Of a stretch of 64,000 bases of DNA, positions 48,371 through 60,373 are shown one piece after another. The position numbers and the translations under genes are program-made. Below the pieces are notes generated by a model, which was given only the letters and a program-made list of their open reading frames with translations, had not been told where the DNA came from and made no database searches. The stretch comes from Escherichia coli (GTDB taxonomy: Bacteria; Pseudomonadota; Gammaproteobacteria; Enterobacterales; Enterobacteriaceae): NCBI RefSeq assembly GCF_045037415.1, contig NZ_CP173438.1; one strand, 5' to 3'. Every line of letters starts with the position of its first letter. Positions within the stretch are counted from its first letter, which is position 1.

Positions 48371-50560
48371 ATGTTTGTGGAGCATAACCTGATAAAAAAT
48401 ATCAAGATATTCACACTAGCGTTTACGCTCACCGTGGTACTTATTCAGCTATCCCGTTTAATTTCGCCACTTGCTGTTATCCATTCCAATTATATCTTTC
48501 TGGCGTGGATGCCACTGTGCGTAATGCTGTCAATCTTGTTTATCTTTGGCTGGCGTGGTGTCGTTCCCATTTTATGTGGGATGTTTTGCACCAATCTGTG
48601 GAACCTTCATCTCACTTTTTTACAGACCGCCGTCATGATCGGCAGCCAGGCGTTTGCAGTCCTGTGTGCCTGTGCAATATTACGCTGGCAATTGGGGACG
48701 CGTTGGCGTTATGGATTGACCAGCCGATACGTCTGGCAACGTCTGTTCTGGCTTGGTTTGGTGGCGCCGATTGGCATCAAATGCAGCATGTATCTTGTGG
48801 GAAATTTCTTTGATTTTCCGCTAAAGATATCTACCTTTTTCGGCGATGCGGATGCCATTTTCACGGTCGTTGATTTGCTAAGCCTTTTCACCGCAGTGCT
48901 GATTTACAACATGCTTTTTTACTATCTCACCCGCATGATTGTAAGTCCCCACTTTGCACAGATATTGTGGCGTAGGGATATCGCTCCGTCGTTGAGCAAA
49001 GAGAAACGCGCATTTACCTTAAGCTGGCTGGCAGCTCTTAGCGTGCTGCTACTTCTGATGTGCACACCGTATGAAAATGACTTTATTGCCGGTTACTTGG
49101 TACCTGTTTTCTTTATCATCTTTACCCTCGGTGTCGGTAAGCTTCGCTATCCGTTTTTAAATCTCACCTGGGCTGTTTCAACGCTTTGCCTGCTGAATTA
49201 CAACCAGAACTTTTTGCAAGGGGTACTAACCGAATATTCGCTGGCATTTATTCTCGCAGTACTGATTTCCTTTAGTGTTTGTCTGCTCTATATGGTGCGT
49301 ATTTATCATCGTAGTGAATGGCTTAACCGCCGCTGGCATTTGCAGGCGCTGACCGATCCGTTAACGCTCCTACCCAACTTTCGTGCGTTGGAACAAGCAC
49401 CGGAGCAAGAGGCGGGCAAGAGTTTTTGCTGCCTGCGCATTGATAATCTTGAGTTTATGAGTCGTCATTACGGCTTAATGATGCGCGTTCACTGTATCCG
49501 CTCAATTTACCGTACGTTGCTGCCGTTGATGCAGGAAAACGAAAAGTTGTATCAATTGCCGGGTAGTGAACTGCTGTTAGTGCTGAGCGGGCCGGAAACG
49601 GAAGGGCGACTCCAGCATATGGTTAACATCCTGAATAGTCGGCAAATTCACTGGAACAATACCGGGCTGGATATGGGCTATGGTGCTGCCTGGGGGCATT
49701 TTGATGGAAATCAGGAAACCCTGCAACCCTTGTTGGGGCAGTTAAGCTGGCTGGCAGAGCAATCCTGCGCACATCATCATGTGCTGGCGCTGGATAGCAG
49801 AGAGGAGATGGTTTCCGGGCAAACCACTAAACAGGTGCTATTGCTGAATACCATTCGCACGGCGTTAGATCAGGGTGATTTGCTGCTCTACGCCCAGCCA
49901 ATTCGCAACAAAGAGGGTGAAGGTTATGATGAGATCCTCGCGCGACTGAAGTATGACGGCGGCATTATGACCCCGGATAAGTTTCTGCCCCTTATTGCTC
50001 AGTTTAACCTTAGCGCGCGTTTTGATTTGCAAGTGCTGGAATCCTTGTTGAAGTGGCTGGCAACACACCCTTGCGACAAAAAAGGTCCACGATTTTCAGT
50101 CAATTTAATGCCGCTCACGCTGCTGCAAAAGAATATTGCCGGGCGGATTATTCGTCTGTTTAAGCGTTATTACATCTCCCCGCAGGCGGTCATTCTTGAG
50201 ATCACCGAGGAGCAGGCGTTTTCTAACGCAGAAAGCAGCATGTACAACATCGAGCAGCTGCATAAGTTTGGTTTCCGGATTGCGATTGATGACTTTGGCA
50301 CCGGATATGCCAACTACGAACGGTTAAAGCGTTTGCAGGCTGATATCATCAAAATTGATGGCGTCTTTGTGAAAGATATCGTCACGAACACGCTGGATGC
50401 GATGATTGTGAGATCAATTACCGATCTGGCGAAAGCGAAGTCATTGAGTGTGGTCGCGGAGTTTGTCGAGACGCAACAGCAGCAGGCGCTATTGCATAAG
50501 CTCGGGGTGCAATATCTGCAAGGGTATTTGATTGGTCGCCCGCAGCCATTAGCCGATTAA
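48371..50560 (+). CDS. pdeA: c-di-GMP phosphodiesterase PdeA (YfeA): MASE-type membrane domain, degenerate GGDEF, EAL
   Basis: 729 aa from internal ATG (MFVEHNLIKN...); EAL motifs in C-terminal third; the ORF-track N-terminal extension (TTG at 48116) runs through tRNA-Ala and is rejected. Confidence 0.85.
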   Translation: MFVEHNLIKNIKIFTLAFTLTVVLIQLSRLISPLAVIHSNYIFLAWMPLCVMLSILFIFGWRGVVPILCGMFCTNLWNLHLTFLQTAVMIGSQAFAVLCACAILRWQLGTRWRYGLTSRYVWQRLFWLGLVAPIGIKCSMYLVGNFFDFPLKISTFFGDADAIFTVVDLLSLFTAVLIYNMLFYYLTRMIVSPHFAQILWRRDIAPSLSKEKRAFTLSWLAALSVLLLLMCTPYENDFIAGYLVPVFFIIFTLGVGKLRYPFLNLTWAVSTLCLLNYNQNFLQGVLTEYSLAFILAVLISFSVCLLYMVRIYHRSEWLNRRWHLQALTDPLTLLPNFRALEQAPEQEAGKSFCCLRIDNLEFMSRHYGLMMRVHCIRSIYRTLLPLMQENEKLYQLPGSELLLVLSGPETEGRLQHMVNILNSRQIHWNNTGLDMGYGAAWGHFDGNQETLQPLLGQLSWLAEQSCAHHHVLALDSREEMVSGQTTKQVLLLNTIRTALDQGDLLLYAQPIRNKEGEGYDEILARLKYDGGIMTPDKFLPLIAQFNLSARFDLQVLESLLKWLATHPCDKKGPRFSVNLMPLTLLQKNIAGRIIRLFKRYYISPQAVILEITEEQAFSNAESSMYNIEQLHKFGFRIAIDDFGTGYANYERLKRLQADIIKIDGVFVKDIVTNTLDAMIVRSITDLAKAKSLSVVAEFVETQQQQALLHKLGVQYLQGYLIGRPQPLAD

Positions 50561-50566
50561 CAGGCG

Positions 50567-50600
50567 TAAAAAAGCCGGGGAATTATCCCCGGCTTTTTTA
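50567..50600. terminator. bidirectional intrinsic terminator between convergent pdeA and nupC
   Basis: gccgggg aattat ccccggc hairpin flanked by A6 and T6. Confidence 0.8.
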
Positions 50601-50609
50601 TGTATGGTC

Positions 50610-51812
50610 TTACAGCACCAGTGCTGCGATTGACGCAGACAGCACACTCACCAGGGTAGAGCCGTAAACCAGTTTCAGACCGAAGCGAGAAACCACGTTA
50701 CCTTGCTCTTCATTCAGGCCTTTAACCGCACCCGCGATAATCCCGATTGAAGAGAAGTTAGCGAAGGAAACCAGGAACACAGAGATGATGCCTTCCGCAC
50801 GCGGAGAGAGCGTGGAAGCAATTTTCTGCAGATCCATCATCGCAACGAATTCGTTGGAAACCAGTTTGGTCGCCATGATACTGCCCACTTGCAGTGCTTC
50901 ACTGGAAGGAACACCCATCACCCATGCAATCGGATAGAAGATGTAACCCAGGATGCCCTGGAAGGAGATGCTGTAGCCAAACCAGCCAGTCACGGTGGCA
51001 AACAGTGCGTTCAGCGCGGCGATCAGGGCGATAAAGCCGATCAGCATCGCCGCAACGATAATGGCAACCTTGAAACCTGCCAGAATGTATTCACCCAGCA
51101 TTTCGAAGAAGCTCTGACCTTCGTGCAGGTTGGACATCTGAATATTTTCTTCACTGGCATCAACACGGTAAGGGTTGATCAGCGACAGCACGATAAAGGT
51201 GCTGAACATGTTCAGTACCAGCGCCGCAACGACGTATTTCGGCTCCAGCATGGTCATGTATGCACCAACGATGGACATCGACACGGTGGACATCGCCGTT
51301 GCTGCCATGGTGTACATACGATTGCGGGAGATTTTGCCGAGGATATCTTTATAGGCAATAAAGTTTTCAGACTGACCCAGAATCAGGGAGCTGACGGCGT
51401 TAAAGGATTCCAGTTTGCCCATGCCGTTGACTTTGGAGAGCAGGAAACCAATTGCGCGGATAATCACCGGCAACACGCGAATGTGCTGGAGAATACCGAT
51501 CAGTGCAGAGATAAAGACGATTGGGCACAGCACTTTCAGGAAGAAGAATGCCAGGCCTTGATCATTCATGCTACCAAAGACGAAGTTAGTCCCTTCGTTG
51601 GCAAAACCGAGCAGTTTTTCGAACATTTCGGAGAAGCCTTTCACGAAGCCCAGACCAACGTCGGAGTTCAGGAAGAACCACGCCAGTAACACTTCGATAA
51701 CAAGCAGTTGAATAACATAACGGATACGAATTTTTTTGCGGTCGCTGCTTACCAGCAGTGCGAGAATCGCAACAACGGCAAGTGCCAGTACAAAATGAAG
51801 GACGCGGTCCAT
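50610..51812 (-). CDS. nupC: nucleoside:H+ symporter NupC
   Basis: 400 aa from internal ATG ([13 protein letters not shown]...); ORF-track start is an upstream GTG. Confidence 0.9.
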
Positions 51813-52087
51813 ATTTGCTCCAAATATGAGGCAGGTTAAATTTCCGTGCACATTCTATGTAACATGGTTAAGGAAAACGAGATCTTGACACACACTATAA
51901 TGACGTCCTGTGACAAGCTTAAGCAAAAATAGTGATTCTGTCATACATTTCTGCTATGTTGTGTATGGAAGCGGAAGGTTATGTAAATGTGCTAATATTA
52001 AACATAACCATAACATTCGAGTCATCTATCTTTTCGTAGTCATAATCCTGGTCTATCAGAGAAATCATCACAACCCATTTAAATGAA

Positions 52088-52106
52088 TTTGATAATCATT
52101 CTCATT
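52088..52106 (+). promoter_or_regulatory. Fur box in mntH promoter
   Basis: tttgataatcattctcatt closely matches the Fur consensus GATAATGATAATCATTATC; about 50 bp upstream of mntH ATG. Confidence 0.6.
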
Positions 52107-52118
52107 TAACGTAGCATG

Positions 52119-52140
52119 AAACATAGCAAAGGCTATGTTT
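52119..52140 (+). promoter_or_regulatory. MntR operator palindrome in mntH promoter
   Basis: aaacatagc aaa ggctatgttt, near-perfect inverted repeat of the MntR-box type, 13 bp upstream of mntH ATG. Confidence 0.65.
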
Positions 52141-52143
52141 TAG

Positions 52144-53391
<1,248 letters not shown>

Positions 53392-53419
53392 TTGAATGAG
53401 CGTCGCATTTGGCACCATT

Positions 53420-53508
53420 GGCGGATGCGGCGTAAATGCTTTATCCGCCCTACGCGTTAAAGAGCTGGTTTGTAGGCCTGATAAGACGCGCTAGCGTCGC
53501 ATCAGGCA
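53420..53508. repeat. BIME (pair of REP palindromes) downstream of mntH
   Basis: ggcggatgcggcgtaaatgctttatccgccctacg and gtaggcctgataagacgcgctagcgtcgcatcaggca. Confidence 0.8.
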
Positions 53509-53531
53509 TTGTGCTCCATTGGCGAATGTGT

Positions 53532-53858
53532 TTAATGGCGGTGTCCATGTCCGCGGCCTTTTCCACGATGATCGTCACGATCGCGCCAGCCTTCACGATA
53601 GCCACGCTCATACGCTTTACGCTTATCCCAGCCACGATGGTAGCCATTATCATGACGCCACCAGCGGTTTTTACGCCATTCATAATTGCGGTGCCAGTAG
53701 TCACGGTCGCGCCAGTGACCACCGTCCCAGTAATTACCGTAATGATCGCGATCGCCAATTTGTAATTTGATTGATGGCAGTAGGGTGATTTCACCTGCGT
53801 TTGCCGCAAGCGGGGTAAATGCCATCAGGGCGGCCGCCAGAAACAGTGACCTGAACAT
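53532..53858 (-). CDS. ypeC: secreted His/Arg/Trp-rich protein YpeC (DUF2502)
   Basis: 108 aa; signal peptide then repetitive R/D/H/W/Y-rich sequence. Confidence 0.8.
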
Positions 53859-53972
53859 TGTTATTCTCCTTCACGATCGAAGCCGTCAGCGGCCTGTTAA
53901 CGCAATATTACGGGGAGGTAAAGCGCCGTATCATCGCCATAACTCTTAAATCATAAAGGAGAGCATTTTTTG

Positions 53973-55229
53973 CTAAACGTTATCGTGGGGTGGCTGTTGC
54001 TTCGGACGATTGACCATCATCATCGGCTTACCTGCTAATAACAGCCATGCCGGGAGCATGACGATACAGAGCAGCGGTAGCAATGTGGTATTGGGTACAA
54101 CGACTGCCGCCATAAAAAGACTTAACCAGCCATCACGTGTTACCACCAGCACGATGCCGAGAATAGCGCAGGAAACGGTTATTGCCGCTGGAACGGCGGG
54201 TACGTGCTCATGCAGCATCAACCCTAATGCCACGCCGACAAACACTGCCGGGAAGATTCGCCCACCGCGAAAGCCACTGGCGGCAGCAACGACCAGGGCG
54301 GCAAGTTTTATCACCGCCAGCAAAAAGTAATCGCTGGTGCTGAAAGCCTGATTTGCCACCATCTGCTGCATCTCATCCAGCCCTTTAAACAGCGAAACCG
54401 GTCCACCAATAACCCCCAGAATACCGAGAATAAATCCGCCAATACCCAGCACGAACACCGGATTTTTCATTTGATGCATCATCGCGTGCAACCGTGGTAA
54501 GCACCATACGGCGACCATCCCTGCTGCGATGGCAATCGCCGCGACAATTGCACCGCTGAGAATATCGGTCATTTCCATCTGTCCGTAATGCGCAATGGGC
54601 AGTGAAAAATGAGGATGGAAAAATAATCCGGTAGTAAGTGCACCAGCTGCTGCCGCCATTAACGGCGCAAAGAGACGATCCCATAGCGGAACTTCATTAC
54701 TGCCATTTAAGGTTTGCGAAAATATCAATGCCGCCGCAACAGGTGTGCCAAACAGCGCGCCGATGGTTCCGGCAGAGGCTAAAATAGTCCACTCCATTCG
54801 GTTGACGCGCGGTAACAGACGAGCGCCAATGGCGACGGCAAGGGCGATATTGACGGTCATGATCGGATGTTCCGGCCCCAGGCTGACGCCGCCAGCAAGA
54901 CCGAGAATTAATGCTACGATAAGTCCTGGTAGCGCAGAGGGCGGAACCGGTGCGCCGATCAGCGGTTCACAGGCGGGGTCTGGTCCGGCATGACCCTGGC
55001 TGAAACGGATAACCAACCCCACCGCAATACCCGTTAGCGTTAATACACCGATGATCCAGAGAGGTGAATCCTGGGCTATCCCCAGAGTTCCCGGCAGTCG
55101 TTGCCAGAGCAAATTCTGTAATACCGAGGCGATTTTCATCACCACAATCAGAATAAGACTGGACGCAATCCCAATTGCCACGGCGGGGAGCGATAATAAC
55201 AACATGGTTCTGGCTCGCGGATGGAGCAT
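53973..55229 (-). CDS. yfeO: ClC-family voltage-gated chloride channel-like protein YfeO
   Basis: 418 aa polytopic. Confidence 0.85.
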   Translation of the reverse strand: MLHPRARTMLLLSLPAVAIGIASSLILIVVMKIASVLQNLLWQRLPGTLGIAQDSPLWIIGVLTLTGIAVGLVIRFSQGHAGPDPACEPLIGAPVPPSALPGLIVALILGLAGGVSLGPEHPIMTVNIALAVAIGARLLPRVNRMEWTILASAGTIGALFGTPVAAALIFSQTLNGSNEVPLWDRLFAPLMAAAAGALTTGLFFHPHFSLPIAHYGQMEMTDILSGAIVAAIAIAAGMVAVWCLPRLHAMMHQMKNPVFVLGIGGFILGILGVIGGPVSLFKGLDEMQQMVANQAFSTSDYFLLAVIKLAALVVAAASGFRGGRIFPAVFVGVALGLMLHEHVPAVPAAITVSCAILGIVLVVTRDGWLSLFMAAVVVPNTTLLPLLCIVMLPAWLLLAGKPMMMVNRPKQQPPHDNV

Positions 55230-55432
55230 GTTCTATTCCTTATGCGGGGTCAGATACTTAGTTTGCCCAGCTTGCAAAAAGGCATCGCTGCAATTGGTGC
55301 TGAAACGATAAAGTAATTGTGTGACCCAGATCGATATTTACAGGGAGCCTGCCTTTCCGGCGTTGTTGTTATGCCCCCAGGTATTTACAGTGTGAGAAAG
55401 AATTATTTTGACTTTAGCGGAGCAGTTGAAGA

Positions 55433-56398
55433 ATGACAAAGTATGCATTAGTCGGTGATGTGGGCGGCACCAACGCACGTCTTGCTCTGTGTGATATTGC
55501 CAGTGGTGAAATCTCGCAGGCTAAGACCTATTCAGGGCTTGATTACCCCAGCCTCGAAGCGGTCATTCGCGTTTATCTTGAAGAACATAAGGTCGAGGTG
55601 AAAGACGGCTGTATTGCCATCGCTTGCCCAATTACCGGTGACTGGGTGGCAATGACCAACCATACCTGGGCGTTCTCAATTGCCGAAATGAAAAAGAATC
55701 TCGGTTTTAGCCATCTGGAAATTATTAACGATTTTACTGCTGTGTCGATGGCGATCCCGATGCTGAAAAAAGAGCATCTGATTCAGTTTGGTGGCGCAGA
55801 ACCGGTAGAAGGTAAGCCTATTGCGGTTTACGGTGCCGGAACAGGGCTTGGGGTTGCGCATCTGGTCCATGTCGATAAGCGTTGGGTAAGCTTGCCAGGA
55901 GAAGGCGGTCACGTTGATTTTGCGCCGAATAGTGAAGAAGAGGGCATTATCCTCGAAATATTGCGTGCGGAAATTGGTCATGTTTCGGCGGAACGCGTGC
56001 TTTCTGGCCCTGGGCTGGTGAATTTGTATCGCGCAATTGTTAAAGCCGACAACCGCCTGCCAGAAAATCTCAAGCCAAAAGATATTACCGAACGCGCGCT
56101 GGCTGACAGCTGCACCGATTGCCGCCGCGCGTTGTCGCTGTTTTGCGTCATTATGGGCCGTTTTGGCGGCAATCTGGCGCTCAATCTCGGGACATTTGGC
56201 GGCGTGTTTATTGCGGGTGGTATCGTGCCGCGCTTTCTTGAGTTCTTCAAAGCCTCTGGTTTCCGCGCCGCATTTGAAGATAAAGGGCGCTTTAAGGAAT
56301 ATGTCCATGATATTCCGGTATATCTCATCGTCCATGACAATCCGGGTCTTCTCGGTTCCGGTGCACATTTACGCCAGACCTTAGGTCACATTCTCTAA
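55433..56398 (+). CDS. glk: glucokinase
   Basis: 321 aa; N-terminal ATP-binding motif ([14 protein letters not shown]). Confidence 0.95.
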   Translation: MTKYALVGDVGGTNARLALCDIASGEISQAKTYSGLDYPSLEAVIRVYLEEHKVEVKDGCIAIACPITGDWVAMTNHTWAFSIAEMKKNLGFSHLEIINDFTAVSMAIPMLKKEHLIQFGGAEPVEGKPIAVYGAGTGLGVAHLVHVDKRWVSLPGEGGHVDFAPNSEEEGIILEILRAEIGHVSAERVLSGPGLVNLYRAIVKADNRLPENLKPKDITERALADSCTDCRRALSLFCVIMGRFGGNLALNLGTFGGVFIAGGIVPRFLEFFKASGFRAAFEDKGRFKEYVHDIPVYLIVHDNPGLLGSGAHLRQTLGHIL

Positions 56399-56410
56399 AT
56401 CCTTCCTGTT

Positions 56411-56444
56411 ATATCGGGAGGTAACTCTCCCGATAATCTTTTAA
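56411..56444 (+). terminator. intrinsic terminator downstream of glk
   Basis: atcgggag gtaact ctcccgat hairpin followed by T-rich tract. Confidence 0.55.
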
Positions 56445-56616
56445 ATCATACAGTTAATTAAATTTTTCTTTGTGTCCCCTCACAAGGCCGACCTGCGTCA
56501 CACTTCCGTACAGCGGGATTAATTCTCCAGTAAATGCATTATTTGTCTGGTAACGGCGATTTGTTTTGCACGTTCATAATTTCACTCGTCAACTATCACT
56601 GAACGAGGAATTAACG

Positions 56617-56943
56617 ATGAGTAAGAAACTGATTGCCTTATGTGCCTGCCCAATGGGCCTGGCTCACACTTTTATGGCCGCTCAGGCGCTGGAAGAAGCG
56701 GCGGTAGAAGCCGGTTATGAAGTGAAAATTGAAACCCAGGGCGCGGACGGTATCCAGAATCGCCTGACGGCGCAGGATATCGCCGAAGCGACCATCATCA
56801 TCCACTCCGTGGCAGTTACCCCGGAAGATAACGAGCGTTTCGAATCACGCGACGTTTATGAAATCACTTTGCAGGACGCAATTAAAAACGCTGCGGGAAT
56901 CATCAAAGAAATCGAAGAGATGATTGCCTCTGAACAACAGTAA
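56617..56943 (+). CDS. fryB: PTS fructose-like EIIB component
   Basis: 108 aa from internal ATG (MSKKLIALCACPMGLAHTFMAA...), EIIB cysteine motif. Confidence 0.85.
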   Translation: MSKKLIALCACPMGLAHTFMAAQALEEAAVEAGYEVKIETQGADGIQNRLTAQDIAEATIIIHSVAVTPEDNERFESRDVYEITLQDAIKNAAGIIKEIEEMIASEQQ

Positions 56944-56964
56944 TATTCGACAGGGATAATTGTT

Positions 56965-58212
56965 ATGGCCATTAAAAAACGCAGTGCAACCGTTGTGCAT
57001 GGCGCATCCGGTGCGGCAGCGGCAGTTAAGAATCCGCAGGCCTCTAAATCCAGCTTCTGGGGTGAACTCCCGCAGCATGTGATGTCAGGGATTTCACGCA
57101 TGGTGCCGACCTTAATTATGGGCGGTGTGATCCTCGCTTTCAGTCAGCTGATTGCTTATAGCTGGCTTAAAATTCCTGCTGATATCGGCATCATGGATGC
57201 TCTTAATAGCGGGAAATTCTCCGGTTTCGACCTCTCCTTACTTAAATTTGCCTGGCTGTCGCAGTCCTTCGGCGGCGTGTTGTTTGGTTTTGCAATTCCG
57301 ATGTTTGCTGCTTTTGTGGCGAACTCTATCGGTGGCAAACTGGCGTTCCCGGCTGGTTTTATCGGCGGCTTGATGTCTACCCAGCCGACGCAACTGCTGA
57401 ACTTCGATCCCAGCACTATGCAATGGGCGACCTCTTCGCCGGTGCCGTCCACCTTCATTGGTGCGCTGATTATTTCTATCGTTGCCGGTTACCTTGTGAA
57501 ATGGATGAACCAGAAAATCCAGTTACCGGATTTCCTGTTAGCGTTCAAAACCACATTTTTGCTACCGATTCTTTCCGCCATTTTTGTCATGCTGGCGATG
57601 TACTACGTCATCACCCCCTTTGGTGGCTGGATCAACGGCGGTATCCGTACCGTGCTGACCGCTGCAGGTGAGAAGGGCGCACTGATGTACGCAATGGGGA
57701 TCGCCGCGGCGACAGCAATCGACCTTGGTGGCCCGATCAACAAAGCGGCAGGTTTCGTTGCCTTCAGCTTTACCACTGACCACGTATTACCGGTCACTGC
57801 ACGTTCTATCGCTATCGTTATTCCGCCGATTGGTCTGGGTCTGGCGACCATTATTGACCGTCGTTTAACCGGCAAACGCTTGTTCAACGCCCAGCTTTAT
57901 CCGCAGGGTAAAACCGCCATGTTCCTGGCGTTTATGGGGATCAGTGAGGGTGCGATTCCGTTTGCACTGGAAAGCCCTATCACCGCCATTCCGTCGTATA
58001 TGGTCGGCGCGATTGTCGGCTCAACCGCCGCTGTCTGGCTGGGCGCAGTGCAATGGTTCCCGGAGTCCGCTATCTGGGCATGGCCGCTGGTCACTAACCT
58101 CGGCGTCTACATGGCGGGGATCGCGCTGGGGGCAGTCATAACTGCGCTGATGGTGGTGTTCCTGCGTCTGATGATGTTCCGTAAAGGCAAATTGTTAATC
58201 GATAGCCTGTAA
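56965..58212 (+). CDS. fryC: PTS fructose-like EIIC permease
   Basis: 415 aa polytopic. Confidence 0.85.
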   Translation: MAIKKRSATVVHGASGAAAAVKNPQASKSSFWGELPQHVMSGISRMVPTLIMGGVILAFSQLIAYSWLKIPADIGIMDALNSGKFSGFDLSLLKFAWLSQSFGGVLFGFAIPMFAAFVANSIGGKLAFPAGFIGGLMSTQPTQLLNFDPSTMQWATSSPVPSTFIGALIISIVAGYLVKWMNQKIQLPDFLLAFKTTFLLPILSAIFVMLAMYYVITPFGGWINGGIRTVLTAAGEKGALMYAMGIAAATAIDLGGPINKAAGFVAFSFTTDHVLPVTARSIAIVIPPIGLGLATIIDRRLTGKRLFNAQLYPQGKTAMFLAFMGISEGAIPFALESPITAIPSYMVGAIVGSTAAVWLGAVQWFPESAIWAWPLVTNLGVYMAGIALGAVITALMVVFLRLMMFRKGKLLIDSL

Positions 58213-58226
58213 GAAGGACAATCCTG

Positions 58227-59312
58227 ATGACATTACTCGCTTCGCTGCGCGACTGGCTTAAGGCGCAACAACTGGATGCGGTGCTTCTCTCCTCACGGCA
58301 GAACAAACAGCCGCATCTGGGGATCTCCACCGGATCAGGTTATGTGGTGATTAGCCGTGAAAGTGCGCACATTCTGGTGGATTCGCGCTATTACGCGGAT
58401 GTAGAAGCCCGCACGCAAGGTTACCAGCTGCATTTGCTCGACGCGATGCACACGCTTGCCACCATCGTCAGACAAATCATTGCCGATGAGCAGTTGCAAA
58501 CGCTCGGTTTTGAAGGCCAGCAGGTGAGTTGGGAAACCGCGCACCGCTGGCAGTCCGAACTCAATGCGAAACTGGTGAGCGCCACGCCGGATGTGCTGCG
58601 GCAAATCAAAACGCCAGAAGAGGTGGAGAAAATCCGCCTTGCCTGCGGGATTGCCGATCGTGGCGCAGAGCATATTCGCCGCTTTATTCAGGCGGGAATG
58701 AGCGAATGCGAGATAGCCGCTGAACTGGAGTGGTTTATGCGCCAGCAGGGCGCAGAAAAAGCCTCTTTTGACACCATTGTCGCCAGCGGCTGGCGTGGGG
58801 CGCTGCCGCACGGCAAAGCCAGCGACAAGATTGTTGCAGCGGGCGAGTTTGTCACTCTCGATTTCGGTGCGCTGTATCAGGGCTACTGCTCTGATATGAC
58901 GCGCACCTTGCTGGTGAATGGCGAAGGGGTGAGCGCCGAATCTCATCCGCTGTTTAACGTCTATCAGATTGTCCTGCAGGCACAGCTCGCGGCAATCTCT
59001 GTAATTCGCCCCGGCGTGCGCTGCCAGCAGGTTGACGATGCCGCGCGCCGCGTGATTACCGAGGCCGGTTATGGCAAGTTTTTCGGCCATAACACCGGTC
59101 ATGCTATCGGTATTGAAGTCCATGAAGAACCGCGTTTTTCACCGCGGGACACCACGACGCTACAGCCAGGTATGTTACTGACCGTGGAGCCAGGGATTTA
59201 TTTGCCAGGGCAAGGGGGCGTGCGCATCGAAGATGTCGTGCTGGTCACCCCGCAAGGCGCAGAAGTGCTCTACGCCGTGCCGAAAACAGTGTTGCTCACG
59301 GGAGAGGCATAA
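58227..59312 (+). CDS. ypdF: Xaa-Pro aminopeptidase (M24 family) YpdF
   Basis: 361 aa; pita-bread fold metal ligands region. Confidence 0.85.
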   Translation: MTLLASLRDWLKAQQLDAVLLSSRQNKQPHLGISTGSGYVVISRESAHILVDSRYYADVEARTQGYQLHLLDAMHTLATIVRQIIADEQLQTLGFEGQQVSWETAHRWQSELNAKLVSATPDVLRQIKTPEEVEKIRLACGIADRGAEHIRRFIQAGMSECEIAAELEWFMRQQGAEKASFDTIVASGWRGALPHGKASDKIVAAGEFVTLDFGALYQGYCSDMTRTLLVNGEGVSAESHPLFNVYQIVLQAQLAAISVIRPGVRCQQVDDAARRVITEAGYGKFFGHNTGHAIGIEVHEEPRFSPRDTTTLQPGMLLTVEPGIYLPGQGGVRIEDVVLVTPQGAEVLYAVPKTVLLTGEA

Positions 59313-60349
59313 TGGATTTATCGCTCTTAAAAGCGTTGAGCGAGGCAGATGCGATCGCCTCCTCAGAACAGGAAGTACGGCAGATCCTGCGGGAAGAAGC
59401 GGATCGCCTGCAAAAAGAAGTGCGATTTGACGGCCTGGGATCGGTGCTGATCCGACTCAATGAGTCGACAGGTCCGAAGGTGATGATCTGTGCGCATATG
59501 GACGAAGTGGGATTTATGGTGCGCAGCATCTCCCGCGAAGGGGCGATCGATGTGTTGCCGGTTGGCAATGTACGCATGGCTGCCCGCCAGCTTCAGTCGG
59601 TGCGTATCACTACCCGTGAAGAGTGCAAAATTCCAGGCCTGCTTGACAGCGACCGGCAGGGGAATGACGTCAGCGCCATGCGCGTGGACATTGGCGCGCG
59701 CTCCTGTGACGAAGTGATGCAGGCAGGAATTCGTCCAGGCGATCGCGTCACCTTCGATACCACTTTTCAGGTTCTCCCTCACCAGCGGGTGATGGGGAAA
59801 GCCTTTGATGACCGCCTCGGTTGCTATCTGCTGGTGACGTTACTGCGTGAGCTGCACGACGCCGAACTGCCTGCGGAAGTGTGGCTGGTGGCAAGTTCCA
59901 GCGAAGAGGTGGGATTACGCGGCGGGCAAACTGCCACCCGCGCGGTGTCGCCGGATGTCGCCATTGTGCTTGATACTGCCTGCTGGGCGAAAAACTTTGA
60001 TTATGGCGCAGCTAACCATCGCCAGATTGGTAACGGGCCGATGCTGGTGTTAAGCGACAAGTCACTGATTGCGCCGCCAAAACTTACCGCCTGGATCGAA
60101 ACCGTGGCGGCAGAAATTGGCGTACCGTTGCAGTCAGATATGTTCAGCAATGGCGGCACGGACGGTGGGGCGGTGCACTTAACCGGCACTGGCGTACCCA
60201 CAGTGGTGATGGGGCCTGCAACCCGCCACGGACATTGCGCCGCATCGATTGCTGACTGCCGTGACATTTTGCAGATGGAGCAACTTTTATCTGCCCTTAT
60301 TCAACGTCTTACGCGTGAGACGGTTGTTCAACTGACGGATTTCAGATGA
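59312..60349 (+). CDS. ypdE: M42-family aminopeptidase YpdE
   Basis: 345 aa; start overlaps ypdF stop. Confidence 0.85.
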   Translation: MDLSLLKALSEADAIASSEQEVRQILREEADRLQKEVRFDGLGSVLIRLNESTGPKVMICAHMDEVGFMVRSISREGAIDVLPVGNVRMAARQLQSVRITTREECKIPGLLDSDRQGNDVSAMRVDIGARSCDEVMQAGIRPGDRVTFDTTFQVLPHQRVMGKAFDDRLGCYLLVTLLRELHDAELPAEVWLVASSSEEVGLRGGQTATRAVSPDVAIVLDTACWAKNFDYGAANHRQIGNGPMLVLSDKSLIAPPKLTAWIETVAAEIGVPLQSDMFSNGGTDGGAVHLTGTGVPTVVMGPATRHGHCAASIADCRDILQMEQLLSALIQRLTRETVVQLTDFR

Positions 60350-60373
60350 TCTCCTGATTAACCCGGAGCGGTT

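Noticed and set aside
53436-53809. Plus- and minus-strand ORFs (109 to 119 aa) overlapping the REP cluster and ypeC
   Set aside because: They overlap the better-supported ypeC gene (signal peptide, known family) and the REP repeats; repetitive Thr/Val/Ala composition indicates frame artefacts.
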